From contig JAPDFW010000103.1 of NCBI GenBank assembly GCA_028826165.1, forward strand, positions 248,001-312,000: 64,000 nt of DNA, read 5' to 3'. Below the pieces are notes generated by a model, which searched no databases, was not told where the DNA came from, and saw only the letters and a list, made by a program, of their open reading frames with translations. Origin of the DNA: Anaeramoeba ignava BMAN (Eukaryota > Protista > Anaeramoebae). Below are positions 49,304 through 63,100 of this stretch, one piece after another; positions within the stretch are counted from its first letter, which is position 1; each line of letters begins with the position of its first letter. The position numbers and the translations under genes are program-made.

Positions 49304-49421
49304 TTTGTTTTTTGTTTTTGTTGTTTTTTTTTTGTTTTTTAAAAAAAAGGAAAAAAATGAAAAATTAAAAAAGGAAAAATTTTTGTTTTTTTGTTTTTTG
49401 ATTTAATTTAAATTTTTGGAT

Positions 49422-50669
49422 TTATTTTCTTTTTTCTGTAAAAAGTTTTTCCATTAATAAAATAAAATTTTGAATTCTTGATTTCAAAAAATCATTTGAT
49501 TCAAATTTTTCTGCAAAAAGATCACCAGATTTAGGAGAAGGTTTATTTTGTTGAGAATATTCTTCAAAAGAATCTTTGTCATAAGTCCAACCATCAGAAG
49601 CAATAACTGGTTCTTTCATAATTTGATTTGAAATTGGACAGAAAAATTCGGAAGGAATTGAATCTTTTAAAATATTTTCAAATATTTTTAAATCAATATC
49701 TTTTTTATCAGATTTATTTTTTGGATAAAAAATATTCCAATTATATTTGGGTTGATTTTCTTTTTCAAGATTTGGAATTTTTGAATAGATTTCTTGAGGA
49801 GTCATTTGGGGATTTTGCTCCAAATTTTTTTCATTAACATTTTGGTTCAAATTTTGTAAAATTTTGTCTTTTTGTTGTTGTTGTAAAAGTAGGTTTTTAG
49901 GTTTTCGAATTAATTTATCAATTTGTATTCTATTTTTATCTTGATTTTGATTTTGATTTTTATCTTGAATTTTATCTTGATTTTTATTTTGATTTTTATC
50001 TTGAATTTGATCTTGATTTTTATCTTGAATTGGATTTTGATTTTGATTTTTATCTTGAATTTTATCTTGAATTGGATTTTGATTTTGAATTGGAATTGGA
50101 TTTTGAATTGGATTTTGAATTGGATTTTGAATTGGATTTTGAATTGGATTTTGATTTTGATTTTGAATTGGATTTTGAATTGGATTTTGTAATTCAATTT
50201 TTTTTGTCACAATTTTATCTTTAATTGAATCAGGAATTTTCTTCAAATCAATTCCTTCACAAATAATAGTTTTCAAATTTGGAAGTTTTGAAATTTTTTC
50301 AGGAATTTCTTTAATAGGATTAAAACTAATATCCAATTTTTCAAGTAAAATTAATTCATAAATTGGATCAGGAATTTTTGAAAATTTATTATTGCTAATA
50401 TTTAGTGATTTTAATTTTCCAAGTTTTTTTAATTCTTTTTTGAAATCTGATAATCGATTTTCTGATAAATTCAATTCTTCTAAATCTTTTAATTCATAAA
50501 AATTTTTAGGGAATTGTCTTAAATTGTTTTTTGATAAATTAACTTTTTCTAATTGAACTTGATTAACATCTATTTTATTTGGATCAGTTTGTTGAAGTTT
50601 TTGACTTAAATCCAATTGTTTTGTTTTTTTTGCTTCATCGATTTCTTTTTGAAATTCTTTATTTCCCAT
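49422..50669 (-). CDS. LRR + U-box E3 ubiquitin ligase, possibly N-myristoylated, intronless
   Basis: LRRs (LEELNLSENRL, LKSLNISNNKF, LEKLDISFNPI); U-box IPSEFFCPISNQIMKEPVIASDGWTYDK; MGNK start; QNPI repeat linker. Confidence 0.9.
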   Translation of the reverse strand: MGNKEFQKEIDEAKKTKQLDLSQKLQQTDPNKIDVNQVQLEKVNLSKNNLRQFPKNFYELKDLEELNLSENRLSDFKKELKKLGKLKSLNISNNKFSKIPDPIYELILLEKLDISFNPIKEIPEKISKLPNLKTIICEGIDLKKIPDSIKDKIVTKKIELQNPIQNPIQNQNQNPIQNPIQNPIQNPIQNPIPIQNQNPIQDKIQDKNQNQNPIQDKNQDQIQDKNQNKNQDKIQDKNQNQNQDKNRIQIDKLIRKPKNLLLQQQQKDKILQNLNQNVNEKNLEQNPQMTPQEIYSKIPNLEKENQPKYNWNIFYPKNKSDKKDIDLKIFENILKDSIPSEFFCPISNQIMKEPVIASDGWTYDKDSFEEYSQQNKPSPKSGDLFAEKFESNDFLKSRIQNFILLMEKLFTEKRK

Positions 50670-50789
50670 TTTAAAAAAAAAAAATGAAAAAAAAATAAAA
50701 AAAAAGAAAAAAATGAATTTAAAAAAAAAAAGAAAAATTTTTTATTTTTTTTCTTCTTTTTTTTTAATTAAAATTTTTTTTTAAATAAA

Positions 50790-53700
50790 ATGAATAGTCA
50801 ATTAAAAATTGGTCAAAAAGTTCAAGTTAAAAATCAAAATGGAATTATAAAGTTTCTTGGAAATACAGAATTTGCAACAGGTTTTTGGATTGGAATAGAA
50901 TTAGAAACCCCAAGTAAAGAAAAAAAGACGAAAAAAATTTTTTTAAATAAAAAAAAGCAAATTTTAATATAAAAAAAAATTTTAATTGAATTTTTCTATT
51001 TGAATTTTTAAGCTGGAAGAAATGATGGAAGTATTAATGGAGTTAAGTATTTTGAATGCAAAGAAAATCATGGAATTTTTGTGAGAGAATCATATCTTTT
51101 TCCACCAAAAGATGCATTTGATTTAATTGATGGTAAAAATAAAAAATTTCAATTAAAAAAATTTCAATTAAAAAATTTCAATTAAAAAAATTAATCAAAA
51201 CAAAAAAAAAAAGATGAAACACTTAGAAAAATTGAAGCTCATGGTTTTTTACTTGAAAATCTTGCTCAAAATTCAAATAAAAAAATTCAACTTAAAGAAT
51301 TTGAAGAACAAATTATTAAAAAAGGAGAAATTGGGAAATCTTTTTTAGAAAATCAAAAAAAACAAGATCAACTTTCATTTTTAAAGAAAGAGAAATTTGT
51401 TTCACAAAGAGAAATTGAAAGACTTACATTTGAAGAAAATCTTTTAAAGAAACAAATTCTTGTAGAAAATTGAAATTCATTTATAAATTAAATTAAAATT
51501 AAAATTAAAATTAAAATTCATTTATAAATTAAATTAAAATTAAAATTATAATTAAAATTCATTTATAAAATTAAAATTAAAATTAAAATTAAAATTAAAA
51601 TTAAAATTAAAATTAAAATTCATTTATAAAATTAAAATTAAAATTAAAATTCATTTATAAAATTAAAATTAAAATTAAAATTGAAATCAAAATCAAAATT
51701 AAAATTCATTTATAAAATTAAAATTAAAATTAAAATTCAAATTAAAATTAAAATTAAAATTAAAAATAAAAATAAAATTAAAATTAAAATTAAAATTAAA
51801 ATTCATTACAAAATTTAAAATTAAAATTAAAATTAAAATTAAAATTAAAATTAAAATTAAAATTAAATTTAAAATTAAAATTAAAATCAAAATTAAAAAT
51901 CAAAAATTAAAATTAAAACTAAATTAAAATTAAAATTAAAATTAAAATTAAAATTAAAATTAAAATTAAAATTAAAATTAAAATTAAAATTAAAATTAAA
52001 ATTAAAATTAAAATTAAAATTAAAATTCATTTATAAAATTAAAATTAAAATTAAAATCAAAATTAAAATTAAAATTAAAATTAAAATTTAAATTAAAATT
52101 AAAATCAAAATTAAAATTAAAATTAAAATTAAAATTTAAATTAAAATTCATTTATAAAATTAAAATTAAAATTAAAATTAAAATTAAAATTCATTTACAA
52201 AATCAATATTAAAATTAAAATTAAAATTAAAATTAAAATTAAAATTAAAATTAAAATTAAAATTAAAATTAAAATTAAAATCAATATTAAAATTAAAATT
52301 AAAATCAATATTAAAATTAAAATTAAAATTAAAATTAAAATTAAAATTAAAATTAAAATTAAAATTAAAATTAAAATCAATATTAAAATTAAAATTAAAA
52401 TCAAAAACTAAAATTTGTTATATAAAAGGATGTGGAGCACCTTATTGACTCAGATTACTCAAAAATTGGATTTGAAAGCAATTTAAAAATTTGGAATGAT
52501 TTTAATACAATTAATCAATTAATTGAAGAAGAAAGAATTCAAGTTGAATCTCTTGAATCAAAAAATCGAATATTAATGCAAAATATTGAAAATGCAAGAA
52601 AAACAGCAAAAAAACAAAATGGTTAATTTTAAACACAAAGAAAATTATTGTTTTGATTGAAAAATTTTGATTCAATTCTCATTTAATTTTTCTTTTATTT
52701 ATTATGTATTATTTTTATATTTGATTATCAAAATATTCAAAGAGGAATTAAAGAATAATCTCAAGAAAAAAGAAGAATATATGAAAAAAATAGAAGAATC
52801 TAAAAAAAATCTTCGAGGATTACTCAATTCAAAAGGTTTATTGAGACATAGAAATTCTTCAACAAAGAAAATTAAGAATAAAATTAAAGAAGTTGAATCA
52901 AAAATTCGAGAAAAGAAAAAAATTTTGATTGGAATAGAACAAGGAAAATCTAAACATAAAAGAGAAATGGAATCAGGTTTTTATTCTTTAATCATAAAAA
53001 ATTATAAATTAAAAATTATAAAAATTAAAATTAAAATTAAAATCAAAATTAATATTTAAATTAAAATTAAAATTAAAATCAAAATTAAAAATTAAAATTA
53101 AAATTAAAATTAAAATTAAAATTAAAAATTAAAATTAAAATTAAAAATTAAAATTAAAATTAAAATTAAAATTAAAATTAAAATTAAAATTAAAATTAAA
53201 ATTAAAATTAAAATTAAAATTAAAATTAAAATTAAAATTAAAATTAAAATTAAAATTAAAATTAAAATTAAAATTAAAATTAAAATTAAAATTAAAATTA
53301 AAATTAAAATTAAAATTAAAATTAAAATTAAAATTAAAATTAAAATTTAAAATTAAAATTAAAATCAAAATTAAAATTAAAACTAAAATCAAAATTAAAA
53401 TTAAAATTAAAAGTATTGGAAATACATGATGAAACTGATCGTTCAGATTGGGAATCAAGAGTTATGAAGAGACATCCAGAAATATTAGAATTAAGAGAAA
53501 GAATTAAACCAGTTCAAAGAGCAGTTTCTTTTTCTCGTTATTATTGTGGTGCTAAAACAGAAATTATTGATGGATTAACAAAAGAAGTTATATCTCAATT
53601 AATTATGCAACATTATGATTTTTATAACCAAAAAGAAATTACAAAAGTTCTTGAAGAAAAAACTTCAATTCAATGTAAATAATTTCCAAAATAATAAAAG

Positions 53701-56461
53701 GAAATTTTATAAGATATTTAAATTAAAATTAAATTGAAAAGAAATTTAACAAAATATTTAAATTAATTAAAAAGAAATTTTATAAAATATTTAAATTAAT
53801 TGGAAAGAAATTTTATAAGATATTTAAATTAAAATTAAATTGAAAAGAAATTTAACAAAATATTTAAATTAATTGAAAAGGAATTTAACAAAATATTTAA
53901 ATTAATTGAAAAGGAATTTAACAAAATATTAAAATTAATTGGAAAAGGAATTTAACAAAATATTTAAATTGATTGGAAAGAAATTTTATAAAATATTTAA
54001 ATTGATTGAAAAGGAATTTAACAAAATATTTAAATTGATTGGAAAGAAATTTTATAAAATATTTAAATTGATTTGAAAAGGAATTCAACAAGATATTGGA
54101 ATTAAATTGAAAAGGAAAGAAATTTAGCAAAATATTTAATTTGAAAAGAAATTTTATGAAATATTTAAATTGAATTGGAAAAGAAATTTTACAAAATATT
54201 TAAATTAAATTGGAAAAGGAATTTAACAAAATATTTAAATTAATTGAAAAGGAATTTTACAAAATATTTAAATTGATTGAAAAGGAATTCAACAAAATAT
54301 TTAAATTAATTGGAAAAGAAATTTAACAAAATATTTAAATGAAATTAAATTGAAAAGAAATTTAACAAAATATTTAAATTAAATTGGAAAGAAATTTTAT
54401 AAAATATTTGAATTAATTGAAAAGGAATTTAACAAAATATTTGAATTGATTTGAAAAGAAATTTTATAAAATATTTAAATTTAAAATTTAATTGAATTAA
54501 TTTCATTTAGATCAAGAAGATAAAGGCAAACTTCAAGATAGTAGATTAATGACATTACTTCAATTAGGAATTATTGATTCAGAAAATCTTTGGGATTTAG
54601 TTATGAAAAGTTCGAATACAGAAGGAATGACAAATGAAGAAAGATATGAACTTTTTCAAGATAGAGCAGATAAAATGGGACTTGATTTCATTTGTTAGTT
54701 TATTAAAAAAGATTAATATCCAATTTACTTATTATTATTTATTATTTATTATTTATTATTTCCATTTTTTTTAGTGGAAAATGATACTCCAATTTGGGAA
54801 GAAGGTCCTGATAATGAAAAAAATATTATTTGGGAAAATGTTAAAGAAGATGAAGATGATTCAACAAAAAAAGTTGATTTTTTATCTACAATTTCTGCAG
54901 CTAATATAAATAAATTAATAGAAAAACTAACTTATGAGAAAGGAACAGGTTAATTGAATTAAAAATTAAAATTAAAATTAAAATAAAAATTAAAATTAAA
55001 ATTAAAATTAAAATTAAAATTAATATTAAAATTAAAATTAAAATTAAAATTAAAATTAAAATTAAAATTAAAATTAAAATTAAAATTAAAATTAAAATTA
55101 AAAATTAATATTAAAATTAAAATTAAAATTAAAATTATAATTAAAATTAAAATTAAAATTAAAATTAAAATTAAAATTAAAATTAAAGTTAAAATTAAAA
55201 TTAAAATTAAAATTAAAATTATAATCAAAATTAAAATTAAAATTAAAATTAAAATTAAAATTAAAAATCGGATAAAAAATTTTATTAAAATTTTATTTGA
55301 AAAAAAGATCCAAAATTTGTTCAAGCAATGCTAATGACATATCAATCATTTATGAAACCAGAACATTTATTACTGAAATTAATACAAAGATATCAAGTAC
55401 CAGTATATGATGCAGAAAGGAACGAAAGCGAGAAAGATTGGATCAAGAATAAAGATATAATACAATTACGAGTTTCATCAATAATAAATTTATGGATCCA
55501 AAAACATCCGGGAGATTTCGACAGCAAATTAATCACAAAATTAGAACGTTTTTTAAATCAACACTTGAAATTCGACAAGCCCGGAATGGAAGAGAAAATA
55601 CGGGCGCAATTACAGAAAATTAAAGCGGGTGAAAAAATGTCACTTGAAAAAGGGATGTCATTTGCAGATTCACCACCCGAACCAAAAGTACCCCCTAATA
55701 TTTTCTCGAAAACATTAAGACTTGAGGACTTGGAGGAAGAGGAGTTTGCACGACAAATAACGTTATTTGTTTTCTCTGTCTTCCATGAGATTCAGCCGTC
55801 CGAGTTGGTCCTGCAAGCATGGTCAAAACAAAAATTGAAACAGAAGGCGCCCAACGTCCTGTATATGGCAAGTAAATTCAATGAGCTCGTCGGTTATGTA
55901 TGCACGCAAATTGTACTCCCGAAAAGAGTGCGCGCAAGGGCAAAACAGATGGTCAGGTTCATCAAAATTGCTGAGCATTTTTATCAACAAAATAATTTTG
56001 ACAGTGTCATGGCTATCATTGGTGCGATCAGTAATTCTTGCGTCAATCGGTTGAAGTTCACAAAGAAAGAAGTTCCCAAGAGTTTCTGGAAAATTTACGA
56101 AGAGCTAGATAGAGTCACAAGTAGTGTGAGTGGATATAAAGAATACCGGACACTCCTTAAAACTGTCCAGCCTCCTTGCATCCCTTATCTCGGTGTTTTT
56201 CTTACTGATCTTACCTTTATTTCCGACGGTTCTCCTGATAGGATTAATGGCGATCTCATTAACTTCGGCAAACGCAAGTTATTGTTCACTACAATCTCAG
56301 AAATTCAAAGATTTCAAATTACTCCTTATAACTTGCAAAAAGTGGATCAAATCCAAAAAATTTTGAAATCTTCTTTGGAATTTAAATCTGATAATGATTT
56401 ATATGAGATTTCTAAAGAAAGAGAACCAAGAGGTGCTCAAAAATCTCAAATTAAATTTTGA
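50790..56461 (+). CDS. RasGEF with N-terminal CAP-Gly, coiled coil, LisH-like motif, REM and CDC25 domains
   Basis: CAP-Gly GIIKFLGNTEFATGFWIGIELETP|GRNDGSINGVKYF..HGIFVR; LisH-like ISQLIMQHYDFYNQKEITKVLEEK; REM AANINKLIEKLT..LMTYQSF; CDC25 EFARQITL..NNFDSVMAI..PPCIPYLGVFLTDLTFI..LINFGK. About 8 GT-AG introns. Confidence 0.9.
51470..52405. repeat. (AAATTA)n hexamer tract in a RasGEF intron (also 53000-53410 and 54955-55265)
   Basis: Visible near-perfect hexamer arrays bounded by GT..AG. Confidence 0.9.
53700..54490. repeat. ~30-35-bp tandem repeat (GAAAAGGAATTTAACAAAATATTTAAATTAATT) in a RasGEF intron
   Basis: Visible repeat array between donor ~53676 and acceptor 54510. Confidence 0.85.
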
Positions 56462-56817
56462 ATGAAAAAATCTTTAAAAAAAAAAAAACAAATTGAAATT
56501 TTCATTTTACTTTTTTTTTATTTAATAAGTAAATTTAATTTTAAAAAAAAATTTTTTTCATTTTTTTTTTTTCATTTTTTTTCTCTTCTTTTCTTCTTTT
56601 CTTTTTGAACATTCCTTTTTTTTTTTTCTTTTGAACAAAAACAACAAAAACAAAAACAAAAATAGATTTTCTTTTCTTTTTACTTTTTTCCTTTTTTTTT
56701 TTCTAGATTTTATTTCAAATTCAATTTAAATTTCCAAATCTAAATTTTAAAAAAAATTCTTTTAAAGTTCGAAAATTAAAATTAAATTTAATTAATTTTA
56801 AAAAAGGAAAAATTAAA

Positions 56818-59800
56818 ATGTTCAAAGTAATTTTAAATTAAAAATAAATTAAAAAAAAAAAAAATTTTTTTTGGAATTTATAAAAAAAATTTTTTTTATA
56901 ATAAAAAATAAATAAATAAAAAAGGAAATTAATCCAAATAAAAATCCTTCAAAAATTCTCAATGATTTAAAACAAATTGAAACAAAACAAACATTAAAAG
57001 AATTAAATCAAGAAGAGAATAAAAATTATGAAAAAAATATTTCCACTTCTTTTCCTCAAAGATTTTCTTTTAATTCTGTTAAAAATGAAATTTCTAAATC
57101 AAATGAAAAAAGTTCTTTTGAAGATTTAATGCAGAAATATAGAATACAAACAAGTCCTGATAAAGGAATATCTTTGAGCACTTCTCTTGATAATTCACTT
57201 TTTAAATCGTATCAATTTAATTCAAAATTTAATTCAATATTCAATTCAATTCAATTCAATTTAATTCAATATTCAATTCAATTCAATATTTAATTCAATA
57301 TTCAATATTCAATATTTAATTCAATATTTAATTCAATATTTAATACTCAATATTTAATTCAATATTCAATATTTAATTCAATTTAATTCAATTCAATTCA
57401 ATTCAATATTTAATATTTAATTTAATTCAATATTTAATTTAATATTTAATTCAATATTTAATATTCAATATTTAATTCAATATTTAATTCAATATTCAAT
57501 TCAATATTTAATTCAATATTTAATTCAATTTAATATTCAATTCAATTCAATTCAATATTTAATTCAATATTTAATTCAATTTAATATTCAATTCAATTCA
57601 ATATTTAATTCAATATTTAATTCAATTTAATATTCAATTCAATTCAATATTTAATTCAATATTTAATTCAATATTCAATATTTAATTCAATTTAATTCAA
57701 TTCAATATTCAATTCAATTTAATTTAATTTAATTTAATTCAATTCAATTCAATTCAATTCAATTCAATTCAATTCAATATTTAATTCAATATTTATTCAA
57801 TTCAATATTTATTTCAATATTTATTTCAATATTTTAATATTATTCAATATTCAATATTCAATATTTTAATTTAATTCAATATTATTCAATATTTAATTCA
57901 ATATTTAATTCAATATTCAATATTTAATTTAATTCAATTCAATTCAGTTCAATTTAATTCAATATTTAATTCAATTCAATATTTAATTCAATTTAATATT
58001 CAATTCAATTCAATATTTAATTCAATATTTAGTATTCAATTCAATATTCAATTTAATATTCAATATTCAATTCAATATTTAATTCAATATTCAATTCAAT
58101 TCAATTCAATTCAATATTCAATTCAATATTCAATTCAGTTCAATTCAATTCAATTTAATTTAAAATTTAATTTAAAATTTAATTCAATTCAATATTTAAT
58201 TCAATATTTAATTTAATATTCAATATTTAATTCAATATTTAATTCAATTTAATTCAATTCAATATTCAATTCAATATTTAATTTAATATTCAATATTTAA
58301 TTCAATATTTAATTCAATTTAATTCAATTCAATATTTAATTCAATATTTAATTTAATATTTAATTTAATTCAATATTTAATTCAATTCAATATTTAATTT
58401 AATATTTAATTTAATTCAATATTAAAAATTATTTTGGAAATTAATAAATTAGAAACTTTTTTAAAGAAATGGAACATAATTTCTCAAAATCACCAAATTT
58501 TCATCAAATCAATGATTTATTCAAATTCGAAGAAGAGAAAATAATTGAAAATTTAGAAGACGGAGAAGATGATAATAAAATAAAAACAAAAACAACAGAA
58601 AATAAGAATTCTTTTCCAAAATTTAATGATTTTTCATTCAATAATTTTTCACCATTTCCAAATTCAATTTCTTTCAAGAAAGAAACATCAGAACCAAATA
58701 TTCAAAAAACAATAACAAATCAAAACGGAAACGAATCTTTTTTTGGAAAATTTCAAACAACAAATTCAAACTATTTTCAAACAAGCCTTCAAACATCTCG
58801 CTCATTGTCTTCACTTCCACAATTTGGCAATCATTTTGAACAGAACATGAACAACATGGCATTCAGTCAATCGCCTTCAAAACCCGAATTCACATTTGAA
58901 CAAAATTATCACCATTTCGACAATTATTTCAATGGATTCTATTCAAATTCAAACACAATTTCAAATTCAATTTCTAATTCTAATTCTAATTCTAATTCTA
59001 ATTCTAATTCTAATTCTAATTCTAATTCAACATTCGATTACCCAAATGATTCGCAAATTGAATCATCAACTAATTCTCTCCCAATTCATGATGAATATTT
59101 TAAAAAATCAGAAAATTCAATTTGGAATCTAAATGATCAAAACCAATTCAAAAAATCAAACGAAAAAAAAAAAAGAAAAGAAAAAAAAATTAAAGATTTA
59201 ACACAAACAAATGAAGACTTAATTTTCTCAACAAACGATCAAGAATTCCCTCATAAAACAGAAAACGAAACTGAAAACACTAACGACAATGATATAAATA
59301 ACGAGAATGATAACGAATTTTATAGCAATAACAACAATTCTAATGAAAATGAATCTGACACTTATTCATCAACTCTTTTGAGTCAATCCCAAAATTTTAC
59401 TCAATATGTGGATGCTGAGTTTAAAGCCGGTCGGCGCGCTCGTTTTCTTGCATCTGCAGAATTCAACTTCAATGCTAATGATGCTATTATTGTTGAGGCT
59501 GATCGTGGTGTAGATCTTGGATTTATTGTTAATGTTATTCCCATTGAAAATCAATCAAAAAATTCAAATCAAAACAAACAGAAAAATTCAGACAATTTTA
59601 AACAAGTTATTCGAAAAGCTTATCAACAAGAGGTCGCGGATTTGAGTAGAAAGGAAAAAGATGAATTGAGAGCTTTTGGAATTTGTCAACGGAAAATTAA
59701 AGAGAGAAGAATTCCAATGGAGGTTTTTATATTTAAATTAAAATTAAAATTAAAATTAAAAAAAGCAAAAAAAAATTTTTTAAAAAAAAAAAAGTGGAAC

Positions 59801-60002
59801 AAAAATTAATCTTTTTTTTTATTTTATTATTTAGTTAATTGATTCTGAATTCCAATTTGATAGAAAAAAACTTACTTTTTATTTTACAGCAGAAACAAGA
59901 ATTGATTTTAGAGATCTTGTTAAAGAATTATTTAAAACTTATAAAACAAGAATTTGGATGAAACAAATTTCCAAAACAAATCATAGAAATTCTTTTAAAT
60001 AG
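56818..60002 (+). CDS. PSP1 C-terminal-domain protein
   Basis: [22 protein letters not shown]|[43 protein letters not shown] 9-nt first coding exon (MFK) is predicted; introns ~56827-56924, 57209-58452 and ~59723-59833. Confidence 0.85.
57215..58425. repeat. (TTCAA/TTCAATA/TTTAATTCAATA)n satellite in the PSP1 intron
   Basis: Reverse complement of the 36935-41135 array. Confidence 0.9.
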
Positions 60003-60190
60003 AAAAATAAAAATAAAAATAAAAATAAAAACTTCTTTTTTTTTTTAGAAATCAAAAATACAAAATAAAGAATCAAAAATAGAAAAGAAAAGAAAAGAAA
60101 TTTTTTATTTAATTAATTAATTAAAGAAATTTTTGTTTTTTTTGAGTTAAAAAATTTGGGAATTTTAGAAAAGAAAAGAATAATTTTGAT

Positions 60191-63100
60191 TTAATCAGAT
60201 TTTTCATTTTCATTTTCACTTGATTTTTCATTTTCATCTTCACTTGATTTTTCATTTTCATCTTCACTTGATTTTTCATTTTCATCTTCACTTGATTTTT
60301 CATCTTCACTTGATTTTTCATCTTCACTTGATTTTTCATCTTCATTTGATTTTTCATCTTCATTTGATTTTTCATTTTCATCACTAGTTTCAGTTTCATC
60401 TTCTTCTCCATCTAAATTACTTAAAACTTTCATTGTTGTTTCACGAATAGAATTTGCAACTAATTTTAAAACATTTCCTCCATCATAATTCTCATTTGCT
60501 TGAACTTGTTTTTTAATTGATTCAAAAGTAGAATTCATAATTTGTCGAACAAAATTTTTAGACTTATTTTGTTCTTCTTTTCGGATTTCATTCTCAAATT
60601 CTTCTTTTTTTTCTTTAAAAGATTGAATTTTTTCATTAAATATTCGAGAAGCATTTTCAAAATCTTTTTTTTGTGTTTCGAATTCTGCCTTTTCTTCTTG
60701 GAAATTCAATTTTTCAAGATCCTTTTTTTGTTTTGATTTATTAAGTTCTTCTTGAATTTGTTCAATTTCTTTGGTTTTGTCTTCAATTTCTTGTTTGATT
60801 TGTGTTTTTTCGTTATTTAAATCATCCTGTGATTTTTTTAATGCTTCAATTTGTTTTTTCAATTCCTCATTTTCGTTTTGGATTTGATTCAGTTGATTTG
60901 AGATTTCTTGTTTTTCTTTTTCAAGTTCTTCATTTTTCATTTTGACTTCATCATCATCATCTTGTTTGTTTTCTTCTTTTTTTTGTTGCAAATCTTTTAA
61001 TTCTTGGTTCTCATTTTCGAGTGATTGAATATTTTCTTTGAGTTTTTGATTTTCTTGGTTAATTTTCTCTAATTCTTCCTTATTTTGGTTTTCTTTTGAT
61101 TTAAAATCATTATTCTCATTTTCGAGATTTTTGTTCTTTTCAATTAAATCTTGATTTTCGTTTGTTAATTTTTCTATTGACGACTTCATTGTAGTTGAAG
61201 ATTCGTTTTCTTTTTGGAAATTTGAATCCGATTCTTCTTTTTCCTTTTTGATTTTTTGGATTTCATCTTGGAGTTTTGATTGCTCTTGTTTTTTTTCATT
61301 TTCTAGTTTTTCAAGTTCTTCTTTCAGTCTTGTTTCCGTTTGCTGCTTTTCATTTTGCAGATTTTGTATTGTTTCTTGGAGATTATTTTCAATTTGCGTT
61401 TTTTCGTTTTCTAGTCTTTCAATTCCAGACCCAATATCCAAGTTTTTTGCCTTAAGTCTTTGGATTTTTTCTTGTTGTTTTAATGACGATTTTTTAAGAT
61501 CAGAGTTTTCGGATTGAAGCTCCAAATTTTTGGAATGGAGAACTTGGTTTTCTTGCTTGGCTTGAATGAATTCTTGTTCGTTTAATTTCTGCGAATATTC
61601 TTCTTTTTTTTGTTTCAAAACATTTTTCATTTTTGTTTCAAATTCATTCAAAGATTGTGTAATTTGTTCGTTTTCATTTTTGAGTTTTTCATTTGTTTCT
61701 ATTAATTCAAGTAGTTTTCTTTCAACATCAGGAGAAATAGTATCGGATTGGATCCGAGACATTCTGTCCTGGAAGGCGCCAGTTTGGCCGCCAATCGATT
61801 GTGATCTGTAAATTCTTTCTATTTTTTCTGATATCATTTCAATTGATAATGTAAGTTTGTTGAGTATTGTCTTTGTATCTAATCCTGTTCTTCTTCCTTC
61901 AAATAATAAATCCATAACTTCATTTGATGATAGAAGTTTTTCTGCTTCCAAAAAATGATTTTCATTTTGTTTATAATTTTGTTGATTGTTTTGTTGATTG
62001 TTTTGTTGATAATTTTGTTGATAATTTTGTTGATAATTTGGATTTCTTCGTGTTATTGTTTCTGTTAATTGTGGTGTAAATCCTGGATAATATGTTTGAG
62101 GATAAATTCTTAAATTATCTGGTTCAAATTTTTGTTTGAATTTTCGATATTTTTTTTTTCTGATGTTTTTGTTTTTCTTCTTTTTTTTGGAATAATAATC
62201 ACTTGAATCACTTGAATCACTTGAATCATTTGAATCACTTGAGTCATTGAATCACTTGAATATTTATTTTTCTTTTTCTTTTTCTTTTGTTTTTTCTTTT
62301 TGTTTTTGTTTTTGTTTTTATTTTCTTTTTCATCTTTTTTTTCATCTTTTTTATCATCTTTTTCATCTTCTTTTTTATCATCTTTTTTATCTTCTTTTTT
62401 ATCATCTTTTTGATCTTCTTTTTGATCTTCTTTTTTATCTTCTTTTTGATCATTTTTTTCATCTTCTTTTTGATTATCTTTTTTATCTTCTTTTTTATCT
62501 TCTTTTTCTTCATCTTTTTGATTATCTTTTTTATCTTCTTTTTCTTCATCTTTTTTATCATCTTTTTTATCTTCTTTTTCTTCATCTTTTTTATCATCTT
62601 TTTCTTTATTTGGTTCAATACTAACAATTTCAATAAAAAATAATAATACTGAATTTGCTGGAATTGTTTTTTTTTCTGATTTTCCATAAGCTAAACTAGG
62701 TGGAATTATTAAAAAACGTTTTGAACCAATTTTCATTCCAGTAATTCCTTCACTCCAACCTATTAAAATATTAAATAATTATTATTAATTAAAATATTAA
62801 ATAAATATTAAATTATTTTTTTATTATTTTACCTTTGATTGTATTTTTAGAACCAACTTTAAAACGATAATCTTTTCCTTTTTCAAAACTTGAATCAAAA
62901 GATTTTCCAATTTTAAAAGAATGAGTTGAATCAACAAGCCAACCTATATAATTCACTTTAACAAAATCTTGAGGATGAACTTCGTTTCCTTCTCCATTTT
63001 GTAGATCAAAAAATTCAATTGAGTTTGTAGGAAATTTAAATGAAATCTTTTGTATTGTTATTATCATTGATAATTGACATGAAAATGAAATGAAATCAGT

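Noticed and set aside
14085-62250. Programmed frameshifting at ~14090, ~31716, ~48865 and ~62247
   Set aside because: Each is a 1-nt loss in a homopolymer or short repeat, typical of long-read consensus error; no stimulatory structure was evident.
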